Of a DNA stretch of 64,000 nt, positions 51,673 to 61,896 are shown one piece after another. Position 1 is the stretch's first letter, and every line of letters starts with the position of its first letter. The stretch is taken from NCBI GenBank assembly GCA_963697335.1, contig CAVONQ010000005.1:1-64000 (forward strand), written 5' to 3'. The notes beneath the pieces were generated by a model, which worked only from the letters and a program-made list of their open reading frames with translations, was not told the origin of the DNA and ran no database searches. Source of the DNA: an uncultured cyanobacterium. Its GTDB lineage: Bacteria > Cyanobacteriota > Cyanobacteriia > PCC-6307 > Cyanobiaceae. The position numbers and the translations under genes were made by a program.

Positions 51673-52080
51673 ATGGTGTTCAAGCGCAAGGGCTCCTTCT
51701 TCCTCGACCTCACCGGCGCCGGCGACACCAAGGCCGCACCGGTGCAGGTGGCGATCGCGGAGGTTCCCCCCGCCACCCCCAAGGGCTCCACCGACAAGGC
51801 CCCCAGCAACCCCGCAGCCACCGCCGCTGAGCCCGGCGCTGCATCGGTCCCGGCGACCGCCTCCACGGAGGCCCCATCCCCTGTCGCCAGCCCACTCACC
51901 ACGGCCGAGGCCATCGCCGCCGAACTGCGGGCCGCCCAGGAGGCCCTGCCGCCCCCGTCCCAGGTCACCTACGCCCCGGACTGCCTCAACCCCGCCAACG
52001 CCCTGCCGATGGGCCGGCGGCGGCCCGGCGCCAATCTGGGCGTGTTCAAGGGGATGGTGTCGGAGATGTTCCGCAACTGA
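51673..52080 (+). CDS. Conserved low-complexity hypothetical protein
   Basis: KGSFFLDL N-terminus, Ala/Pro linker, RRRPGANL..FKGM. Confidence 0.62.
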   Translation: MVFKRKGSFFLDLTGAGDTKAAPVQVAIAEVPPATPKGSTDKAPSNPAATAAEPGAASVPATASTEAPSPVASPLTTAEAIAAELRAAQEALPPPSQVTYAPDCLNPANALPMGRRRPGANLGVFKGMVSEMFRN

Positions 52081-52864
52081 TCCCCAGCCGTTGGCGCCAG
52101 GCCGACAGCAGGGTCGCGGCTGACACGGCGGCCGTGGAGGTGCGCAGGATCCCCTCGCCCAGCTGCACGGCCTGCCAGCCCCGCTCCAGGGCAGCCCCTT
52201 CCTCCTGCGGGCTCCAGCCCCCTTCCGGCCCGATCGCCACCCTTACCGGCTCCGCGGCACCCCCCGGCTGAGCTGCTGACGCCAGCGGCCCGCGAGCCTC
52301 AAGGGCCTCGCCCAGCGGCAGGAGCGAGGGGCGGCGGGTGGTGGCCAGCAGCCGCACCCCGCTCGTTGCCGCCGAGAGCCAGCCCAGGGCCGGTTGCGCT
52401 GGCAGGCAGTGGGGCAGCCACAGTCGCTCGCACTGCTCCAGGGCCTCGCGCAACACCGCCTGCTGGCGCTCGGGGCGGATCGTGGCCTCCGCCACGCTGC
52501 GCTCGGCCTGCAGCCACTGAAAGCGGTCGATGCCCAGCTCGCAGGCCATGCGCAGCATCACCTCCGGGTCCCGACGCGGCAGCGCCACGGCCAACTCCAG
52601 GGGCGGCAGCGGCGCGGGGAGGCTGACCAGGGGCTCCTCCAGGCTCTGTTGCAGCACGGCCCAGCCCTCCTGCCGACCCGAACCCAGCTCCAGGGCCGCA
52701 GACCAGAACTGGCCACAGCCATCCACCAGTCCGAAGGCCTCTCCCGCTCCCAGCCGCAGCACCCGCCGCAGGTAGTGCAGCTCCTGGCCCTGCAGGGCCA
52801 GACGCCCCTCGGCAAGCTCGAGGCGAGGGCGCGCCACCAGCAGCCGGCGCAGGTCGCGGGCCAT
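52046..52864 (-). CDS. rsmE: 16S rRNA m3U1498 methyltransferase
   Basis: HYLRRVLRL, ELG, EQCER, IGPEGGWS, ILRTSTAA. Confidence 0.9.
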   Translation of the reverse strand: MARDLRRLLVARPRLELAEGRLALQGQELHYLRRVLRLGAGEAFGLVDGCGQFWSAALELGSGRQEGWAVLQQSLEEPLVSLPAPLPPLELAVALPRRDPEVMLRMACELGIDRFQWLQAERSVAEATIRPERQQAVLREALEQCERLWLPHCLPAQPALGWLSAATSGVRLLATTRRPSLLPLGEALEARGPLASAAQPGGAAEPVRVAIGPEGGWSPQEEGAALERGWQAVQLGEGILRTSTAAVSAATLLSAWRQRLGISCGTSPTPSP

Positions 52865-52871
52865 GACGTGC

Positions 52872-53336
52872 TCAGGAATCGGGGATCGAATCCAGCAGCT
52901 GGTCGATGGTCTCGGGCTGCTCGTCGATGGCCCAATCCTCGTTGAGGCCACCGATCAACACCTGCTCGACCTCCACCACGTCGTTGTTGAGCTGGCGCAG
53001 GGTGTTGACCAACACGTCGAGGGCGAAGGCATCACTGGTGCCCAGATCCAGCCAGCAGCGGGCCCAGACCCCCTGGTACTCCATCGGGCCCATGTTGTGC
53101 ATCAGGGCGGGCAGGGCCGTTTCGGCCGCCTCCTGGTCGTAGGCCATCCAGCTCAGTTCCGCCCCCTCCTCATGGGCCTGGAGCGACTCGGCATTGAACC
53201 CTCCGAGCTTGCCCAGAAAGAACCAGCTGTCGAAGACGGTTTCCAGGTAGCCCTTTTCACCACTGCCGAGGGGATCGGCAAAGCGCACCCAGATCCAGCA
53301 GTTAAAGGGGTCGAGCTCGCGAAATTGAACGTCCAT
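52872..53336 (-). CDS. DUF3531-family protein
   Basis: FDSWFFLGKLGGFNAE, MHNMG, DLGTSD. Confidence 0.78.
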   Translation of the reverse strand: MDVQFRELDPFNCWIWVRFADPLGSGEKGYLETVFDSWFFLGKLGGFNAESLQAHEEGAELSWMAYDQEAAETALPALMHNMGPMEYQGVWARCWLDLGTSDAFALDVLVNTLRQLNNDVVEVEQVLIGGLNEDWAIDEQPETIDQLLDSIPDS

Positions 53337-53408
53337 CGGCACCGATACGACTGGGCCGCAGCCACAACACCACAGGCCACTCTCCACCAGCGCAGGCATG
53401 CTGGGGCC

Positions 53409-54062
53409 ATGCTTGAACTGCGCGGCCTCGGCTACCAGCCCGCCACGGCACCCCAGCCGGTGCTGCGCGAGGTGAGTCTGACCCTGGAGCCCGGAGCGAT
53501 CGGCCTGGTGGCCGGCCGCAGCGGCGGCGGCAAAACCACCCTGCTGGAGTTGATCAGCGGCCTGGCCGACCCCGATCAGGGCACGATCCACTGGAACGGA
53601 GAACGCCTGCGGGCTCGCCAGCGCCGCTGGCTGTGCGGCTTGGTATTCCAGTTTCCCGAGCGCCATTTTCTCGGGCTCACGGTGGGCCAGGAGCTGCGGC
53701 TGGGCCAGCGACGCCTGGAGTCCGAGCGGCTGGAGGCGGTGCTGCAGCGGGTGGGCCTCAGTGGGCTCAGCCCCCAGCAACGGCCCGAACAGCTGAGCGG
53801 CGGCCAGCAGCGGCGCCTGGCCCTGGCGGTGCAGCTGCTGCGCCAGCCCCAGGTGCTGCTGCTGGATGAACCCACTGCCGGGCTGGACTGGACGGTGCGG
53901 GGCGAGATCGTGGCCCTGCTCGAGGGGCTGGCCCGGGAACGGGCCGTGCTGGTGGTGACCCACGAACCGGAGCTGTTCCAGCGCTCAGCCGGCAGGGCCT
54001 GGCGCCTGGAGCAGGGCACGCTCACCGATCTGCACACCACCGACCTCCTTACGATGGTGTGA
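53409..54062 (+). CDS. ABC ATP-binding protein (EcfA-like)
   Basis: GRSGGGKTT, VFQFPE, LSGGQQRR, DEPTAGLD. Confidence 0.85.
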   Translation: MLELRGLGYQPATAPQPVLREVSLTLEPGAIGLVAGRSGGGKTTLLELISGLADPDQGTIHWNGERLRARQRRWLCGLVFQFPERHFLGLTVGQELRLGQRRLESERLEAVLQRVGLSGLSPQQRPEQLSGGQQRRLALAVQLLRQPQVLLLDEPTAGLDWTVRGEIVALLEGLARERAVLVVTHEPELFQRSAGRAWRLEQGTLTDLHTTDLLTMV

Positions 54063-54092
54063 GTGAGCGCCCGCTGCATGAGGGAGTCCAGC

Positions 54093-55010
54093 GTGAGCGA
54101 CCGGCTGCTGCGAGCCACGGCCGCCGAAGGCGGCATCCGGCTGGTGGCGGTGTCCACCACTGACACCTGCCGCGCCGCCGCCGAGCACCACCAGCTGTCG
54201 TTTCTCACCACCGCCCTGCTCGGTCGAGCCATGGGAGCCGGGCTGCTGCTGGCCAGCTCGATGAAAATCAGCCATGGCAGGGTGAACCTGCGCATCTCCT
54301 CCGACAGTGCGCTGAAGGGCCTGATGGTCGATGCCGGCCGGGATGGCACCGTGCGGGGCTACGTGGGCAATCCGGCCCTGGAGCTCGATCCGATCACCGG
54401 CGCCGATGGCTCACCCCAGTTCGACCTGGCCGGCGCCACCGGCACGGGCTATCTCCACGTGGTGCGCGACTGGGGCCGGGGCCAGCCCTTCAGCTCCACG
54501 GTGGAACTGGTGAGCGGCGGCATCGGCGACGACGTGGCCTCCTACCTGCTCCACTCCGAGCAGACCCCCTCGGCGGTGTTCGTGGGCGAGCGGATGGACA
54601 GCGGCGGCGTGCGCTGCAGCGGTGGGGTGCTGGTGCAGGTGCTGCCCAAGGCGGCCCGGGAGCCCGCCCTCGTGGCCCTGCTGGAGGAGCGTTGCCGGGA
54701 GGTGGCGGGCTTCAGTTCCCGCCTGGAAGCCTGTCAGGGCGACTTGCTGGCGCTGCTGAAAGCCATCTTTCCCGACCTCGACCCCCAGCCCCTGGAGGCG
54801 GAGCCTGAGCCCGTGCGCTTCCACTGCCCCTGCAGCCGCGACCGCAGTCTGGGCGCCCTCAAGCTGCTCGGCCGCGACGAGCTCACCAGCATCCTGGACG
54901 AAGACGGCAGGGCCGAGCTCACCTGCCACTTCTGCAGCTCGGTCTACGAGGTGAGCGGCCAGGAGCTGCTCGGCCTGATCGCCGAGCTGGAGGCGGCTGC
55001 TGCCGCCTGA
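54093..55010 (+). CDS. hslO: Hsp33 redox chaperone
   Basis: VRGYV, YLLHSEQ, CPCS..CHFC zinc motif. Confidence 0.93.
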   Translation: MSDRLLRATAAEGGIRLVAVSTTDTCRAAAEHHQLSFLTTALLGRAMGAGLLLASSMKISHGRVNLRISSDSALKGLMVDAGRDGTVRGYVGNPALELDPITGADGSPQFDLAGATGTGYLHVVRDWGRGQPFSSTVELVSGGIGDDVASYLLHSEQTPSAVFVGERMDSGGVRCSGGVLVQVLPKAAREPALVALLEERCREVAGFSSRLEACQGDLLALLKAIFPDLDPQPLEAEPEPVRFHCPCSRDRSLGALKLLGRDELTSILDEDGRAELTCHFCSSVYEVSGQELLGLIAELEAAAAA

Positions 55011-55039
55011 GGGGCACCGCCGGGGAGCACCCAGCAGCC

Positions 55040-55723
55040 TCAGGCCACGAACAGCGCGGCCAACAGCAACAGCACAAATGCCGGCAGGCTCTGCAGCTGT
55101 TGCAGGGAGAGGGGCAGCCCCAGCGGCAGTCCGGACCCGACCATGCCGGCCACCAGGCCGCCGAGCACCAGCCCCAGGGTCAGCAGGCCGAAGCCCCAGC
55201 CCACGGCGGCCAGGAAGCGGCGGCGGCGGCGTTGAAGGCACACCACCGTGAGGGCGGTGGCCAGAGCCAGCAGGAATTCCGGCGACGCCGAGGGCACCAG
55301 CAGCAGCAGGGCCAGCAGCACCCCGAAGCCGCCGAGGGCCAGGTTCAGGGCAGACCCCTCGGCCAGCTCCAGAGCAGGCATGCTCAACGAGGGCGCCGCC
55401 ACCTTGGGCAGGGGCAGCTGGGGCAGGGCCGGCATCGCCAGGCGTGGGGGAGGTGGAGCCAGTTGTTCGCGGGCCGAAGCCGTTCGGGCCGCCGTGCTCA
55501 CCCGACCCTGCTGGCGCTGCTTGAGGCGCTCCATCAACAGGGTGTCGTAGGCCGCCTCAATGCGGGAGCGGGCCATGGTGTCATCACCGGCCTCGTCGAG
55601 GCGGGCCTGCTTGGCGGCCTGCACCTCCTCGAAGCTGGCGTCGGGGCTGATGCCAAGGCGTTGATAGGGCTCCAATGGCTCGGCCGCCGGGGGTTGCGGA
55701 TCAGAAGGGTCGGGCATCACCAT
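55040..55723 (-). CDS. CPP1-like (DUF3353) J-like membrane protein
   Basis: PYQRLGISPDASFEEVQAAK..IEAAYD..MERL..RQQG, C-terminal TMs. Confidence 0.82.
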   Translation of the reverse strand: MVMPDPSDPQPPAAEPLEPYQRLGISPDASFEEVQAAKQARLDEAGDDTMARSRIEAAYDTLLMERLKQRQQGRVSTAARTASAREQLAPPPPRLAMPALPQLPLPKVAAPSLSMPALELAEGSALNLALGGFGVLLALLLLVPSASPEFLLALATALTVVCLQRRRRRFLAAVGWGFGLLTLGLVLGGLVAGMVGSGLPLGLPLSLQQLQSLPAFVLLLLAALFVA

Positions 55724-55767
55724 CGCCGGCGGACAACTACGCCTGCATAGAGCGTATCGAGGCCGGC

Positions 55768-56013
55768 CTAGAAGAGGGGCTCACTGAAACGGAATCCTCC
55801 CTCCTGCTCCAGCCGCAGGCGCCAGCGTTCCGCCTCGTCGGGAGCGAGACGATGCCGGCGCTTGAGCAGGGGCATCTGGGGGGGGAGATGGCTGCCTTCC
55901 CGCATCTCAACGGTCCCGGTGAGGGGAGGCCCACCGAGGGCGTCGAATTGGAAACTGACGTAGTCGCAACCCCCGTCGGGGCGGGGACGCACCAGCCAGA
56001 GCGGCTTGAGCAT
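55768..56013 (-). CDS. Small hypothetical protein
   Basis: WLVRP..CDYVSF, QMPLLKRR..W..L..EGG..EP. Confidence 0.55.
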   Translation of the reverse strand: MLKPLWLVRPRPDGGCDYVSFQFDALGGPPLTGTVEMREGSHLPPQMPLLKRRHRLAPDEAERWRLRLEQEGGFRFSEPLF

Positions 56014-56132
56014 CGCCGTGATGGTTCGTTACAGAACACTCTGGCGCAGCCACCAGGAGAGTGCGACGGCAAGCCACCGAATCCCGGTAATCCACAGTTC
56101 TGGGCCAGCACCGCTCTGGGCTTCGAAGCCCA

Positions 56133-57888
56133 CTACCCCACGGAATGGAGATCGGCGGCCCCAGCGGCGGTGACGGCGCTTGGGCTGATGGCGAGAGCCT
56201 CCACAGCCCTGCGGAGGGCCTCCTCCCGGCTGAGCTGATGGTGCTGGGGCGGCAACTTGGCGTAGAGCCCGAGCTTCTCGAGCCGCTGGCGGGTGGTGCC
56301 GCTGGCCCCCACCACGAACACCTCGCGGCCCTTCTCGATCGCCTCCTCCACGGCGTTCTCCACCGCCAGGGCTGAGGTGACCCCCAGGTGGGAGACCTCG
56401 GTGAGGTCAAACACCACCGCCTTGCACTCGCCGATGGCGTTGTGTTCGCGGCCGATCGCCTTGGCCACACCAAAGATCATCGCGCCGGTGAGCTGGAACA
56501 GCAGCACCTGGCCCTTGCCCTGATCCAGCAGGGCCTTCTCCTCACCGCTGAGCAGCAGGTCGCCGTCGCCGGTGGAGATCGACTTGACCGAGCGGCTCTG
56601 CAGGGCGCTCATCTTGTCGATGGTGAGGATGTTGGCGATGAACACGCCGATGCCCACGGCGGCGATCAGGTCCACCAGCACGGTGAGGCCGATCACCAGA
56701 TACATGATCAGGGCGCCGGTGAGCGAGATCCGGTGGGCGCGCTTGAGGAAGCTCCAGTCGACGATGTCAAAGCCCACCTTGAGGGCGATGCCGGCGAGCA
56801 CGGCCTGGGGGATCTGGGCGGCGAGGCCACTGCCGGCCAGGATCACCAGCATCAGGATCAGGGCGCGGCTGAGGCCCGAGAGGGCACTGCGGCCGCCGGC
56901 CTGGATGTTGACCACGGTGCCCATGGTGGCTCCGGCGCCGGCGATGCCGCCGAACAGACCGGAGGCGAGGTTGCCGAGGCCCTGGCCGATCAGCTCCTTG
57001 TTGGAGTCGTGCTCGGTGCGGGTGATGCTGTCGGCCACCACGGCGGTGAGCAGGGCGTCGATGCAGCCCAGCATTCCCAGCACGGCCCCGTTCACCAGCA
57101 TCAGCTGCAGCTGCGCGGCCTCGAAGTGGGGCAGGTGGAGCTGCGGCAGGCCCGAGGCGATGGCACCGATGCGGCGGATGCCCTCCACCTCAGCCGAGCC
57201 ATCGGCCCCGCTCAGCAGGGTGAGCGAGAGCACGGTGCCGGCGATCAGGGCGATCAGCTGGGGCGGTGCCACCTTTTTCAGCCGGGCCGGCGTCAGCCAC
57301 AGGATCGCCAGGGTCACCAGGGCCAGGGTGACCTCCGCCGGCCGGGTAGCGGCCAGCAGGGAGGGAATGGCGCTGAGGGTGCCGAGCACACCGCCCTTGG
57401 GGATGGCCTGGCCCAGGAAGGGACCGATCTGGAGAATGATCAGGATCAGGCCGATGCCGCTCATGAAGCCCGAGATCACCGTGTAGGGCATCTGGGTCAC
57501 GTAGCGGCCCAGCTTGAGCAGGCCGAACAGGATCTGGAACACACCCGGCCAGCATCACCACGGTGAAGGCCATGGCCAGGCCGTTCTCCGGGTCCCTGGC
57601 GGTGAGGCTGGCGATGACGGCGGTCATCACCACGGTCATCGGGCCGGTGGGCTCGGAAATCAGGGTGGGGGTGCCGCCGAACAGGGCGGCGAACAGACCC
57701 ACCAGCACCGCCCCCCAGAGGCCGGCCGCGGCGCCGGCACCGGAGGCCACCCCGAAGGCCAGGGCCATCGGCAGGGCGATCACCGCCGCGGTGACCCCAC
57801 CGAACAGATCCCCCTTGATGTTGTCGCGGCTGAAGTGGTTCAGCAGGCCCAGGGAGGGGCGCCCCGGTGGCGTCGTCGCGGTGGCCAT
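56133..57888 (-). CDS. bicA: SulP-family anion transporter, BicA-like, frameshifted near 57545
   Basis: [50 protein letters not shown] domain; two frames join if one G is removed. Confidence 0.8.
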
Positions 57889-57930
57889 GGCGGGGACCGG
57901 CTCAGCAGCGAGCACGAAGGGGCCCTGAAC

Positions 57931-57954
57931 CCTAGGGAGGGCGGGTTCCCTAGG
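57931..57954. promoter_or_regulatory. Inverted repeat CCTAGGGA-N8-TCCCTAGG between divergent SulP and cysK
   Basis: Perfect 8-bp arms in a 93-bp intergenic region. Confidence 0.4.
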
Positions 57955-57981
57955 CTGAGACCGCAGGAACGGCGTTCAGCG

Positions 57982-58959
57982 ATGGCGATCTACGCCGACA
58001 ACAGCTTCACGATCGGCAAGACCCCCCTGGTGCGGCTCAACCGGATCACCGAGGGCTGCGGCGCCACCGTGCTGGCCAAGATCGAGGGGCGCAATCCGGC
58101 CTACTCGGTGAAGTGCCGGATCGGCGCCGCCATGATCTGGCAGGCCGAACAGGACGGGCTGCTGGGCCCCGGCAAGGAACTGATCGAGCCCACCAGCGGC
58201 AACACCGGCATCGCCCTGGCCTTCGTGGCGGCCTCGCGCGGCATCCCGCTGACGCTCACCATGCCGGAGACGATGAGCCTGGAGCGCCGCAAGCTGCTCA
58301 CGGCCTACGGCGCCCGGCTGCTGCTCACCGAGGGCCGCCAGGGAATGCCCGGTGCCATCAACATGGCCCGCGAACTGGCCGAGTCGGAGCCCGACCGCTA
58401 CGTGCTGCTGCAGCAGTTCGCCAATCCCGCCAACCCCCGCATCCACCACGACACCACCGGCCCGGAGATCTGGCAGGACAGCGACGGACAGATCGATGTG
58501 TTGGTGGCCGGGGTGGGCACCGGGGGCACGATCACGGGCGTCAGCCGCTACATCAAGTCCACGCTGGGCGAACCGCTCGAATCGGTGGCGGTGGAGCCCC
58601 TCACCAGTCCGGTGATCAGCCAGGCCAGGGCGGGAGAGGCGATCAGTCCGGGCCCCCACAAGATCCAGGGGATCGGCGCCGGCTTCGTGCCCGACAACCT
58701 CGACCTCAGCCTCGTGGACCGGGTCGAGACCGTGTCCGACGCCGAGGCGGTGGCCATGGCCCGGCGGCTGATGCGGGAGGAAGGCATCCTGGCGGGCATC
58801 TCCTGCGGTGCCGCCACCTGCGCGGCGCTGCGCCTGGCCGCCGATCCCGCCTATGCCGGCAAGACCATCGTGGTGGTGCTGCCCGACTCCGGCGAGCGCT
58901 ACCTCAGCTCGATGCTGTTCGAGGGGGTGTTCAACGAACGGGGCCTGGCCCTGGTGTGA
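57982..58959 (+). CDS. cysK: Cysteine synthase A
   Basis: [43 protein letters not shown]. Confidence 0.95.
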   Translation: MAIYADNSFTIGKTPLVRLNRITEGCGATVLAKIEGRNPAYSVKCRIGAAMIWQAEQDGLLGPGKELIEPTSGNTGIALAFVAASRGIPLTLTMPETMSLERRKLLTAYGARLLLTEGRQGMPGAINMARELAESEPDRYVLLQQFANPANPRIHHDTTGPEIWQDSDGQIDVLVAGVGTGGTITGVSRYIKSTLGEPLESVAVEPLTSPVISQARAGEAISPGPHKIQGIGAGFVPDNLDLSLVDRVETVSDAEAVAMARRLMREEGILAGISCGAATCAALRLAADPAYAGKTIVVVLPDSGERYLSSMLFEGVFNERGLALV

Positions 58960-59069
58960 GGCCGGCTCCTGCTTGGGGACAGAGCCGCCGCAGGGACAGT
59001 GCCTCGACCGACCGGGCCTGGATCAGTTCAGGATGAACGCCTCCTGAGCCACCCTGGCTGCCCGGCGCC

Positions 59070-59792
59070 ATGGCCCGTCCCCACCGCATCTGGGTTGTCG
59101 ACGATGACGCCGAACTGCGTCAGATGTTGCAGCGCTATCTCGGTGAGCAGGGCTACGAGGTGCGCTGCCTGGCCAATGGCCAGCAGCTCACGGCCCGGCT
59201 GGAGAGTCAGCGGCCAGATCTGCTGGTGCTCGATCTGATGCTCCCCGGAGACGACGGCCTGCTGGTGCTGCGGCGGCTGCGCGATGGCGGCGATGACCTG
59301 CCGGTGCTGATGCTCACCGCCCGGGGGGATGCCGTGGACCGCATCATCGGCCTGGAGCAGGGTGCCGACGACTACCTGGCCAAACCCTTCCTGCCCCGCG
59401 AGCTGACGGCCCGCATCGAAGCGGTGCTGCGCCGGCGTCAGCAGGGCCCGCCGGGCACGCCGCGGCCGGACGCCAACCCGATCGGCTTCGGGGCCTGGCA
59501 GCTGGATCCCGGCACGCGGCGGCTGGAGCGCGACGGCGAACCGGTGACGATCACCAGCGGCGAATTCAGCCTGCTGCTGGCCCTGGCCCAGCATCCCCAC
59601 AGGCCCCTGTCGCGGGAGCGCCTGATCGAGCTCTCGCGCGGACCCACCAGCGAGACCGACGCCCGCAGCATGGATGTGCAGGTGTCACGGCTGCGGCGGC
59701 TGGTGGAGGCGGACCCCTCCCAACCCCGCCACATCCAGACGGTGTGGGGCTATGGCTATGTCTTCGTTCCCGATGGCCAGCCGCGTGTCTAG
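59070..59792 (+). CDS. OmpR-family response regulator
   Basis: VVDDD, LDLMLPG, GADDYLAKPF, DVQVSRLRR, IQTVWGYGYVFVPDG (very OmpR-like). Confidence 0.93.
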   Translation: MARPHRIWVVDDDAELRQMLQRYLGEQGYEVRCLANGQQLTARLESQRPDLLVLDLMLPGDDGLLVLRRLRDGGDDLPVLMLTARGDAVDRIIGLEQGADDYLAKPFLPRELTARIEAVLRRRQQGPPGTPRPDANPIGFGAWQLDPGTRRLERDGEPVTITSGEFSLLLALAQHPHRPLSRERLIELSRGPTSETDARSMDVQVSRLRRLVEADPSQPRHIQTVWGYGYVFVPDGQPRV

Positions 59793-61146
59793 CCGCCGCG
59801 TGCCGAAATCCCGCCGCTGGCTCAGGGTGCTGGCCTACGGGGCCGGCGGTCTGGGGCTGTGGCTGCTCAGCCTTCTGCTGGTGCAGACCCTGCTGAGCCG
59901 CAGGCTGGCGCGCAGCCAGATGGTGCAGCTGGGCACGGAGGTGGCCTTCAGCCTGCGCCTGGGGGAGCTGGCCCTGGAGAGCTACCCGATGGACGCTGTG
60001 GCGGAGCTCAGCGGCCTGCAGCTGGCGGAGGACCATCCGCCGGCGGGGGCCAGGGGTGGGGCGGAGGCCGAGGCTCTCCACGCCGAACTCTGCAGCCAGC
60101 TGGGCTTCTGCCGGGAGGTGGTGGCCGCTGGCGGCAGTCTCTGGGTGGAGGTGGTGTCGCCCTTCGAGTCCGTCTGGCTGGCGGTGTCCATCCCCAAGCC
60201 CCGTCGCTGGCCTCCCGATCCCCTCTCCCTGATCCTCTCGCTGGGGGCAGCGGGCCTGGGGCTGTCCACCCTGGTGCTGAGCCTGGAGGTGCAACGCCCC
60301 CTGCGCCAGCTGGAGAACTCCCTGCAGCAGCTGGGCACAAGCCAGGACCCGGAGCCGCTGCCGGAGCGCGGCACCCAGGCCGTGCGCCAGATCACCCGCC
60401 GCTTCAACGGCCTGCTCGAGCGCCTGCGGCTCGACCGGCAGGAACGGGCCACGATGCTGGCCGGCATCGGCCACGACCTCAACAGCCCGATCACCCGGCT
60501 GCGGCTGCGGCTGCACCTGGCCGAAGGCCAGCCGATGTCCGCCGAAGAGAGTGGCAAGGCCCAGGGCGACCTCGATGCCCTCGAACGGATCACCAGCCAG
60601 TTCATCGCCTTCGCCCGGGGAGACGCAGAAGAACAGCCGGTGCCGGTGGATCTGGCGGCCCTGCTGGCCGAGGTTGCCGGCCAGAGCGGCCTGAGCCCCC
60701 TGAGCCTGGCTCTGGAGCCTCTGCAGGCCTCTGTGCGGCCCATCGCCCTCTCCCGGGCCGTGGGGAACCTGCTCAGCAACGCCGCCCACCACGGCCGCCC
60801 TCCCTATCGGCTGAGCCTGCAGCCCTGGGGCGAGGGGGGGTTCTCGATCGCCGTCAGCGACGCCGGTGAGGGCATCCCCGAGCCGCTCTGGGACCAGGCG
60901 CTGCAGCCCTTTCGACGGCTCGACGAGGCCAGGGGCGGCGATGGCCACTGTGGCCTTGGCCTGGCCATCGCCCAGCGCGTCGCCCTGGAGCATGGCGGCG
61001 AGCTCTTCCACAGCCACCCCAGCCAGGGGGGATTCAGCCTGGGGCTGCGGGGACGGTCTCTGTCAGATCTGGTCACATCTCAGCGCTCCCCAGACCGATC
61101 TCATTCAGACCAACAGGACAGGATGAATGGCGTTGAACGTCCCTGA
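59773..61146 (+). CDS. EnvZ-like sensor histidine kinase
   Basis: Two TMs, HAMP, HDLNSPITRLRL, NLLSNA, DAGEG, GLGLAI. Confidence 0.9.
   Translation: MASRVSSRRVPKSRRWLRVLAYGAGGLGLWLLSLLLVQTLLSRRLARSQMVQLGTEVAFSLRLGELALESYPMDAVAELSGLQLAEDHPPAGARGGAEAEALHAELCSQLGFCREVVAAGGSLWVEVVSPFESVWLAVSIPKPRRWPPDPLSLILSLGAAGLGLSTLVLSLEVQRPLRQLENSLQQLGTSQDPEPLPERGTQAVRQITRRFNGLLERLRLDRQERATMLAGIGHDLNSPITRLRLRLHLAEGQPMSAEESGKAQGDLDALERITSQFIAFARGDAEEQPVPVDLAALLAEVAGQSGLSPLSLALEPLQASVRPIALSRAVGNLLSNAAHHGRPPYRLSLQPWGEGGFSIAVSDAGEGIPEPLWDQALQPFRRLDEARGGDGHCGLGLAIAQRVALEHGGELFHSHPSQGGFSLGLRGRSLSDLVTSQRSPDRSHSDQQDRMNGVERP
61061..61080 (+). promoter_or_regulatory. Candidate OmpR-type tandem box TGTCAGATCT-GGTCACATCT
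   Basis: 10-bp-period direct repeat about 70 nt upstream of 61150; related array at 61587-61616. Confidence 0.45.
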
Positions 61147-61149
61147 CCC

Positions 61150-61569
61150 ATGACCAACTCCTGCCTGTCCCGCCGCCTCGTCCGCACCGGCCTGGCCACC
61201 GCCGCCGGCCTCAGCCTCGCCCTCGGCAGCCTCGGCCCCGCCCTGGCCCAGAACTCCGCCCCCCCGGAGCGGCTCACCCCCGCCCAGAAGGAAAAGATCT
61301 TCCCTGAGCGCAAGGCGCTTTCGGTGAAGCAGCAGAAGGAGCGCTCCCAGATCCAGCAGAAGAGCCAGCGCTGCGTGTCGGCCGCGTCCAACCAGCAACA
61401 GCTGCGCGACTGCCGCAAGGACGAGCACAAGGCCAATCAGGAGCTGCGGGCCCAGTACCGCGAAGAGATGCGCAAGATCTATGAGCGCAACGGCATCAAG
61501 GCCCCCGTGGGAGGTCCTGGCAAGGGCCGCAAGGGCGGCAACAAGGGCAAGGCGACGACTGGCGCCTGA
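61150..61569 (+). CDS. Exported helical protein (Spy/CpxP-like composition)
   Basis: Signal peptide (..PALA-Q), LTPAQK, charged helices, two Cys. Confidence 0.65.
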   Translation: MTNSCLSRRLVRTGLATAAGLSLALGSLGPALAQNSAPPERLTPAQKEKIFPERKALSVKQQKERSQIQQKSQRCVSAASNQQQLRDCRKDEHKANQELRAQYREEMRKIYERNGIKAPVGGPGKGRKGGNKGKATTGA

Positions 61570-61586
61570 ACGCAGCTCGGACGATC

Positions 61587-61616
61587 CGTCACACCCCCAC
61601 ACATCTCGTCATGGCC
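61587..61616 (+). promoter_or_regulatory. Candidate OmpR-type tandem box upstream of small ORF
   Basis: CGTCACACCC-CCACACATCT-CGTCATGGCC, 10-bp period. Confidence 0.4.
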
Positions 61617-61679
61617 CTGGAGGTGGTGAGTGCTGGGGGTGCTGCCTAGGTTGAAGTCACCCCTCCAGGGAGGCCCACC

Positions 61680-61841
61680 ATGCGCACCCACGACCTCGAG
61701 AACCACGACAATCTCTACGCCGACGAGATTGCCGCCGTCGCCGGCGAAACCGCCGCCGATGCCAGGTCCCACGCCCTCTGGGCCGTGGCCCTGATCACGG
61801 CGATGGTGCTGGTACTGGGGGCCTCCCTCGCCGTGTTCTGA
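61680..61841 (+). CDS. 53-aa single-TM protein, absent from the ORF track
   Basis: GGAGG RBS, MRTHDLENHDNLYADEIAAVAGETAADARSHALWAVALITAMVLVLGASLAVF. Confidence 0.65.
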   Translation: MRTHDLENHDNLYADEIAAVAGETAADARSHALWAVALITAMVLVLGASLAVF

Positions 61842-61896
61842 TCAGGGCACGGCCCGGACCCTGTCGAGCCAACCTGCCAGCCGCCGTTTCAAGCCG

